The position numbers and the translations under genes were made by a program. 64,000 bases of DNA. Source: Octopus vulgaris (Eukaryota). Below the pieces are notes generated by a model that was not told the origin of the DNA, searched no databases, and saw only the letters and a program-made list of their open reading frames with translations. Location: contig OX597815.1 in NCBI GenBank assembly GCA_951406725.2, positions 94,364,001 through 94,428,000 on the forward strand. The letters are read 5' to 3'. Positions 56,259 through 64,000 of the stretch are shown one piece after another (within the stretch, counting starts at the first letter, position 1; each line of letters opens with the position of its first letter).

Positions 56259-57167
56259 GACATATATGTATGTACATGTATGTACGTGTGTATGCATATT
56301 TAACTCGTACATACATAAACCTTACACGCGTATATTTGTGATGGCCTTTCACGTTATCGGCAACATATGTTAGACTTTACCATATCTATGTCTATTCAAG
56401 ATTTTTCTCTTCTATAGAATCTGAAACTGAAACTGGCTGTCAATATAATCACTTGTACTTTAGTTGGCAAAATAACCTTTTGCCAAATTTCGCTGTCAGA
56501 AAAGTATACTACTTTATGTCAGAGACAAATCTCTATCTGTAAAAGCCAGACATGTAGGTGTCAACTGAAGAAGAAATGCCAGTATTTCGGACATAAAATA
56601 TTACTAATAATACCAGCTACTGCAAATAGCAAATGAAACAAATAATATGTTCCTGGTGATTTAATGGGTCGAAACATTTTCAAAACTACACTTTCTATGG
56701 TGTGATGTCTTGGAAATTTAGCAAAGAGAAAACACTGGGTTTGTTTACTACATAATTATAATTAGAGACGTGTAAGGTTATGAAAAGATCTAAATCTATT
56801 CTGGTCGATACACTATTTAAACTGGACTGGCGATATAGCGAAGAAGTCTAGATCTGTCAGCCATATTTATCAGACTTACTAGATGCATTACATAATGTCG
56901 GACACTTCAAGGGCACCCCCCCACTTTCGATATAATGGGTTAGGGGCAATTTTTCTTAAAGTTTTATGGAAGCAAGTGGTGGGCGGTATCTATGTGTAGC
57001 TATTCAACATGCTTGAAATATTTACCAGATTACACTCTACCGCCTTTAGAATAAAAAAAGAAATAAAAAAGAACCTAACGGATAACGTTGCCTGCGATAT
57101 ACTATGCGTGAAACGACAGGATGGAATGCTTTAGAATCTAAAGCATTGCCAACTAGTCATGGGAAAC

Positions 57168-57290
57168 CAGGCATGGGCAGCCCTTTACGAGAAGCGGGCC
57201 ACATACGACATGGCTTGTCTTCAGGTTAGCCGCACTATCGAAAAAAATTCAAAGTAATTTTTCAGAAAGTCCGCGGGCCGCAGTGTGGCT
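57168..57290 (+). mobile_element. hAT (Charlie-like) terminal fragment
   Basis: CAGGCATGGGCA start with subterminal GCGGGCCACA and GCGGGCCGCA motifs typical of hAT-Charlie ends; matching end not found. Confidence 0.45.
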
Positions 57291-57455
57291 ATGATAGCTT
57301 TGGATCATAGGCCTGCTAGCTCATTCTTGACCTGAAACACAGTAACAGCCGTATTATATAATTCATTAACTACAAAATATCTTACGAGTGTAGCTCCCAG
57401 CACTGTACATATATGTGGAATATGAGTACAATATAGAAAGTATAATCATATTTAC

Positions 57456-57522
<67 letters not shown>

Positions 57523-57834
57523 CGCAAATGGTGTACAGTGACGTCATTGGTTACAGGCTTTCGACGGAAGAAAGCCATTGGTTCAGTGCATTTCTAATGG
57601 TGAGAGTAACACAGGAATGCCTGGAGCTTGGTGCAGAACAAATATAATATGGTCTATACTCGAAAAGCACCGTTGTTACGGCCTTCTCACTGATATGCAT
57701 CAGCAAATGGTACACACACATGCACACACAAACACACACAAACACATACACAAATACACAAACAAACACATACACACAAACACACAAACACACACACACA
57801 CATTGTATTTCAGGTGGATCATTTCGTCAATAAT

Positions 57835-59309
57835 CAGAATAAAGTATGGCAACCATGGAGGTATTGCTGTATTGTCAGATGCTGGCAAGGCTCTCACAAG
57901 TACCCTTCTTGATTGCTTGAGTAAATACCTGTGAACGATGTCCTACATGAATCTCAAAGTGACTTTCGTTCTGGTAGAGGAACAATGGTTATGATCTTCA
58001 CGACAAGTGTTATGAGCAAAATATGAATCTTATCCGGTTTTCATTGGTTTAACCAAAAATTTCGATATTGTGAATAAGGCCTCTCTATGGGAAATATTCG
58101 GCAAACTGTACGAGTCATTTTGTGACGAGAATTGAATTATTTCATAATGGGATAGAGGCATGGGTCAATATCAATGGTGGCATGGCGGTAGCCATTCCTG
58201 TAGAGAATGGTGTCAAGTAAGGTGATATTTTTGCCCCGACTCTCTTTCCCTTGTATTTTGTTGTTACTCGCGGTCGTGATGTTTTGCTGTAGATTGCTCT
58301 TCTGGATATATGAGATACCGAACTTCTGGTAGTCTCTTCAACCTGTGTCGATTTACTGCCTATTCGAAAGATTTTCAGTTTCCAATTCATGACCTTTATG
58401 TGGATGATTGTAACTTAGTTGCTCATGCAACTGATGATATGCTAATTCTCATGGACCATATTTCTGCATCTTGGAAGGTATTTGAACTCAGCATTAACCT
58501 GGAAAAACTATTTCAGAAGGTAATTGATTCCTTCACGGCTCTTGAGTTTCGTGTCTGGCCCCAACATAGCATCACAAGGCGACCAAAAGTTGCTGTGTAC
58601 CCTGCATATGTGCTGACTTCGCTCCTTTAATCATGCGACATAAACCCTTCACATGCATCACGTAAGGGTCCTTGGACGGTTCAACCAGAGATGTCTGAGA
58701 CATATAATGAATATTCGCTGGGCTTTATGGACTACAGACACAGAGGTCTTTAGGGAAGCCGTCTTTAGGGAAGCCGTCTTTAGGGAAGCCGTCTTTAGGG
58801 AAGCCGACATCTTAAGGATTGAGGCGATGGTACACAAGCACCGATTACGTTGGACTGAACTCATTTGGATTAATGATGAGATGATTCCATAACAGATTCT
58901 ATATGGTGAACTTGTTTGTGGAAAATGCCCCCATCAGAAACAAAGACCGCAGTTCAAAATTGTATGAAGTCCTCGTTAAAAGCATGTGTGATGTGGAAAG
59001 TTATTTGGGAAAGCAATGTCATAGCCACCAATAGCAGAAATGAGGAAAGGAAGGAATGTGTAGCTTAAAAAAAACGAATTGCATTTCGCATGTTAAACAT
59101 AAGGGAGCTGCTCGAAAATGCACTGCCAGTGTGGTGAATAAAGCAACGTTTTGTCTGCAATATTTGCGGACGCGTATGTATTCAGAATTGGGCTCATTGG
59201 TCAGGAGCAGCTCCACAAATGTAAAGTATAATTTTTGTCTGAGTGAACCATGTTTTTAGTGTTCAATAACGGTCTTGCTCGGTCACGAGTGGACAGCCAT
59301 CATCATCAT
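57835..59309 (+). mobile_element. RTE-clade (BovB-like) LINE remnant, RT to 3' end
   Basis: GNHGGIAVLSDAGK, ESQSDFRSGRGTMVMIF, NGVK*GDIFAPTLF, RYRTSGSLFNL, YVDD, RFNQRCLRHIMNIRW, QILYGEL; (CAT)n tail at ~59298-59309. Confidence 0.85.
58746..58805 (+). repeat. 15 bp tandem repeat x4 (gtctttagggaagcc)
   Basis: Four identical copies; read in frame as VFREA x4. Confidence 0.97.
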
Positions 59310-59859
59310 ACGCAAAGATTCACAATTCTACTTAGAAATTATTGAATTATTGATCAAGTCAGCGTTGTAATAAAAAATGTTTGCCAAAGCTACCACACAG
59401 TAGACTCGAGCTGGTAACCACTTAATTGAAAGCGAAATTTTTCTTTAAACGTACAGTCATATATGCTCAGATTGAACTCGATGTTATTGTTAAAGCTTAT
59501 TGAAAAAAGGTGAAAAACACCATTGTTGAAGCCAAACATCAGCAAAGAAGATTTGTTTTATTTTGTTTGCCATCGAACCGTCTGGTTGTAACCCCCCACC
59601 GCTCAAGTAGAAGATTCCTTTTAGAAGCACTTATAAGGTATAATCTTGTCTGTAGTAATCGTAAACGGAAACCTCATAACTTCAACTTCATCAATATTTT
59701 TTTCGTTTGACTTTGGTTTGATAAATAAAATATATCATAATCGATAGGTATGTATTTCTTCTGGAAAGTTGTATTATTATTATATTAGATAAATGAGTTC
59801 AAATCATATCTAAGTTAACTTAGTCTTTTCTCTTAGCAGTGATCAATATAGCATCTAAT

Positions 59860-60050
59860 ATAGGCAAAAGGCCTGAAATTCTAGTGGGTGGGGGGTAGTC
59901 GATTATATTGACCCCAACGCGTAACTGGTACTTATTTAATCGTTCCCGAAAGGATGAAAGGCAAAGTCATCCTCGGCGGAATTTGAACCCAAAACGTGAA
60001 GACAGACGAAATACTAATTTCTTTATTGCCCACCGGGCTAAATATAGAAA
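59860..60050 (-). mobile_element. 5'-truncated family-A SINE
   Basis: gtaactggtacttatttaatcgttcccgaaaggatgaaaggcaaagtc. Confidence 0.8.
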
Positions 60051-60114
60051 TGGACATAACAACTGATGAGATCAGTAATGCGGTATAATTTTACATAAAA
60101 TGTGACTTTAAAAA

Positions 60115-62487
60115 TTAAATACAATATATAGAAAATCGAATGAAATTAACAATACAGGGACAACACAAATGAACCGACGACCAGGCCACACTCCGAACCC
60201 ACAAGCCCCGATTTATCGCTGGTACACTTTTTGTTCTTTTTTTCCGTCTATTCACACGGTTCTTTGCACGTACAACTTTCGTGCAACATGCTTCCATCTC
60301 TTTTGGAACGTGTATTCTGACAGACATCTCTTCTCCAGCCACACCTTCCTTTTCAAATGAAAAGAAAAAAATCGTAAATTGTGGCCAGAGATAAAATTGC
60401 TTGTCTTAATTTCTTTTATTCTAGTCTTCCATACTGCCTCTTTCGCTATTGCTACAACCGTGAGAAAACAATTCTTACCTTCGTTCGTTAAAATTCCCGG
60501 TGGGTCAATTTTTATAATTGACTCAGTCGACAGCTGTACTCTTCCTTCGCCGGACAACAACTTTTGAACTCGGGGAACACTTGTCTGGCCAGCGGAGACC
60601 ACACCCGTTCACTATCCAGGAGAATCCAGAGGTGCCTCAACCTCAACGCATGCCTGCGCTTCATTAACCAAGGCATCCCTAAAACTCCCTTTAAAGGCTT
60701 TTGACAGCAGACAGAACGTTTCACAAGTGGCGATCTGCCCTTCCACAAAAAGCGAAAGGGCTGTCTCTCCAGCTTGATCAACCACGAATACGGACAGGGC
60801 ACGACGGTCAGGTGGTAGGTAATGACCGATGCGATAAACACATTGATCACCTCCGCCCTCCCTTTCAGGGATAGCCACCGCCAAGACCAGGTCTTGACTA
60901 CTGCAGCCACCCTGCTCAATACCTCCGTCCAGTCCTTCGCTTTCTGGAGGCCTGGTCCAAACCAAGCTCCTAGCAACTTAACCGGTCTCTCCGTCCAGCG
61001 CCCAACAACGCTGTCTGAAGGCACCGACTTGCCAACCCAGGTGCCGAGCTGCAAGCCAACCGACGTTTCCCGGTTAATCTTTGCTTCTGCCACCTCCTCG
61101 TAAGCCTCAATAGTTTTACCCACTTCACGTAGGCGTGCTACTGAGGTCACGCTGATAGTGATATCATCCGCGTAAGCCATAACAAACTCTTCTAGACCTG
61201 GTTCTCTCGGGATGCCACTCAACCTTCGCAGTAGATGCTCGAGAGCCATCACATACAAAAGTGGTGAGAGGGGACATCCTTGACGAACCGAGCGTCTGAT
61301 GCAGAACGGCTTCAAGAGGAAACCGTTCATCTGAACTATCGAGTCAATGCTGTTGTACAAAGCGATAAACCATCTGAGGAAGCCAAGGCCCAGGCGGAAC
61401 CGCGCAAGCACAGTCGCCAGGTATCGATAGTCAATCCTATCAAAAGCTTTAGACTGGTCTAAATGTACCAATGCTGCACCTTTGCCAGATTTATTGCCAA
61501 CCCTCTCTATGGTATAGCGAATAAGATGGAGGGTATCCTGAATGGTTCAGCCTGGGATGGCACATGTCTGTGCCTCCCCGACTATACCATTCGCGACACG
61601 CGCCAAACTTTTTGCTAAGACCTTGGCCAAAATCTTCACTTCGGCGTTTAACAGAGTGAGGGGCCTGAAATTCTCTATAACGTATCCCTTGTCCGGGTCC
61701 TTTCTGACCAACGTCACTACTCCCCGGCACACAGGTCTGAGGATAAACCCATTCTGTTACCAGTTCGCGTACACGTCAGCAAGTAGATGGCCGAACAAGT
61801 CTGGCATACGTTTATACAGCTCGTACGGAAGACCATCAAGTCTCGGCGACTTACCCGCTTTACACAGGCCAAAGCCTCCATCATCTCCACAGGCGTGATT
61901 GGTCCTTCGCAAGACTCCGCATCCGACCCCGGGAGACACGGCAGCCCGGCAAGAAAGTCCTCGAGGGCTCTCCCACCACCAGGACCGCCGTCACCCTCGA
62001 AAAGCTGGGCGAAGTACTCCCGAAAGGCCTCACACATTTTCTCGGGTTCGTTTACCAAGACACCATTTTGATTCGTCAAAGACCGAATAGTGGAACTGTT
62101 TTCGTGCCGAGCTTCCACCACTCGGGCCCATCCAGCGGCCTTGATTCCTTCACTTCCCATAGTACTTAACTTAGCTCTGGCAATACTTCCCATATATTGG
62201 GCTTCAAGATGCTGGTTTAACTCCAGTCTTTTCACCCTCGCTTGGTCCGCATTACCAGTCCTCCAGGCTTTTTCTTGTTCCTTAACTAGACCATCTCCTA
62301 TTCTACGTACCTTCTTAGCTAAATTTATGCTAAACCCAATAAACTCATATTTGATGGCTCTTTTTAGGGCGTACCACCATTTGTTATTAGTGATGGTACC
62401 TGTTAATGCCCTCTATATTAACATTTTGATCCGCTTTCTGTACTCCTCAATTGCCAAAAGGGACGTATTGAGTTTCCAGTAGCCAGC
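60115..62487 (-). mobile_element. L1/Tx1-clade LINE, 5'-truncated just after the endonuclease
   Basis: Starts at GYWKLNTSLL; KSPRLDGLPYELY; NFRPLTLLNAEVKILAK; GC-richer than the flanks; several frameshifts and stops. Confidence 0.9.
60512..61471 (-). pseudogene. Reverse transcriptase core of the L1/Tx1 ORF2 (319 aa open segment)
   Basis: LDQSKAFDRI, SVRQGCPLSPLLY, AYADDIT, KLLG, LSLKGRA motifs. Confidence 0.9.
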
Positions 62488-62499
62488 ATATTAAAATAC

Positions 62500-63385
<886 letters not shown>

Positions 63386-63408
63386 AAACATATAAAAACA
63401 CAACGCTC

Positions 63409-63467
<59 letters not shown>

Positions 63468-63493
63468 TATTATTATTATTATTATTGTTATTA

Positions 63494-63705
63494 AAGCGTC
63501 GAGCTGGCCGAATCGTTAGTACGCTGGACGAAATGATTAGCGGTATTTCCCCCCGTCGCTACATTCTCAGTTCAAATTCTATCGAAGTCGACTTTGCCTT
63601 TCATTCTTATGGAGTCGATAAATTAAGTACCAGTGAAACACTGGGGTCGATCTAATCGACTAGTCCCCTTCCCCAAATTTCAGGCCTTGTGCCTTTAGTA
63701 GAAAG
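63494..63705 (+). mobile_element. Family-A SINE between (AAT)n and (TAT)n tracts
   Basis: gcgtcgagctggccgaatcgttag..caGTTCAAATtc..gtcgactttgcctttcat..aggccttgtgcct. Confidence 0.85.
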
Positions 63706-64000
63706 TATTATTATTATTATAATTCAAACGCTATTACACGCTAATTTGATTAGCAGAGAATTATCCTGAGGCTTGTGGATGACAAATTCCTTCAAACGTC
63801 ATGACACTTTCTCAGCAGTCTTGGAGAATGCAAGATGACGCTTTCCTGCGGGTCATTAATACGTATATAAATTTCAATGAATCTCCTTCAGTTTCTTTGT
63901 TAGCAGTTCGAGTGTTGTGTCTAGTGAACCAATTATCACAGGAACGATCTACGTTGGATTCACAGTTGGTAACTGCCTATTAAGTTGTAGGAAATATGTA

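Noticed and set aside
58746-58805. Short direct repeats as a CRISPR-like array
   Set aside because: No spacers and a eukaryotic context; it is a simple tandem repeat.

Overview
Eukaryotic, AT-rich, repeat-dominated genomic DNA, most likely intergenic or deep intronic. The SINE families and microsatellite load resemble Octopus genomes as I recall them; this is inference, not a database match. No host protein-coding gene can be supported, and nearly all ORFs in the track are microsatellite artefacts or antisense shadows. The window holds about 25 tRNA-headed SINE copies from several families and decayed LINEs of the R4/Dong (restriction-like endonuclease, RLE), RTE and L1/Tx1 clades. It also holds Penelope-like element (PLE) remnants, a Tc1 transposase pseudogene with DD36E spacing, and a fold-back MITE-like element. 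The most interesting signal is a set of short inserts, mostly inside (TA)n microsatellites, carrying minimal type-I hammerhead ribozyme motifs, some next to perfect or near-perfect fold-back palindromes. Dong-like LINEs and a probable non-autonomous partner also appear tied to different microsatellite targets, (TAA)n versus (CATA)n.
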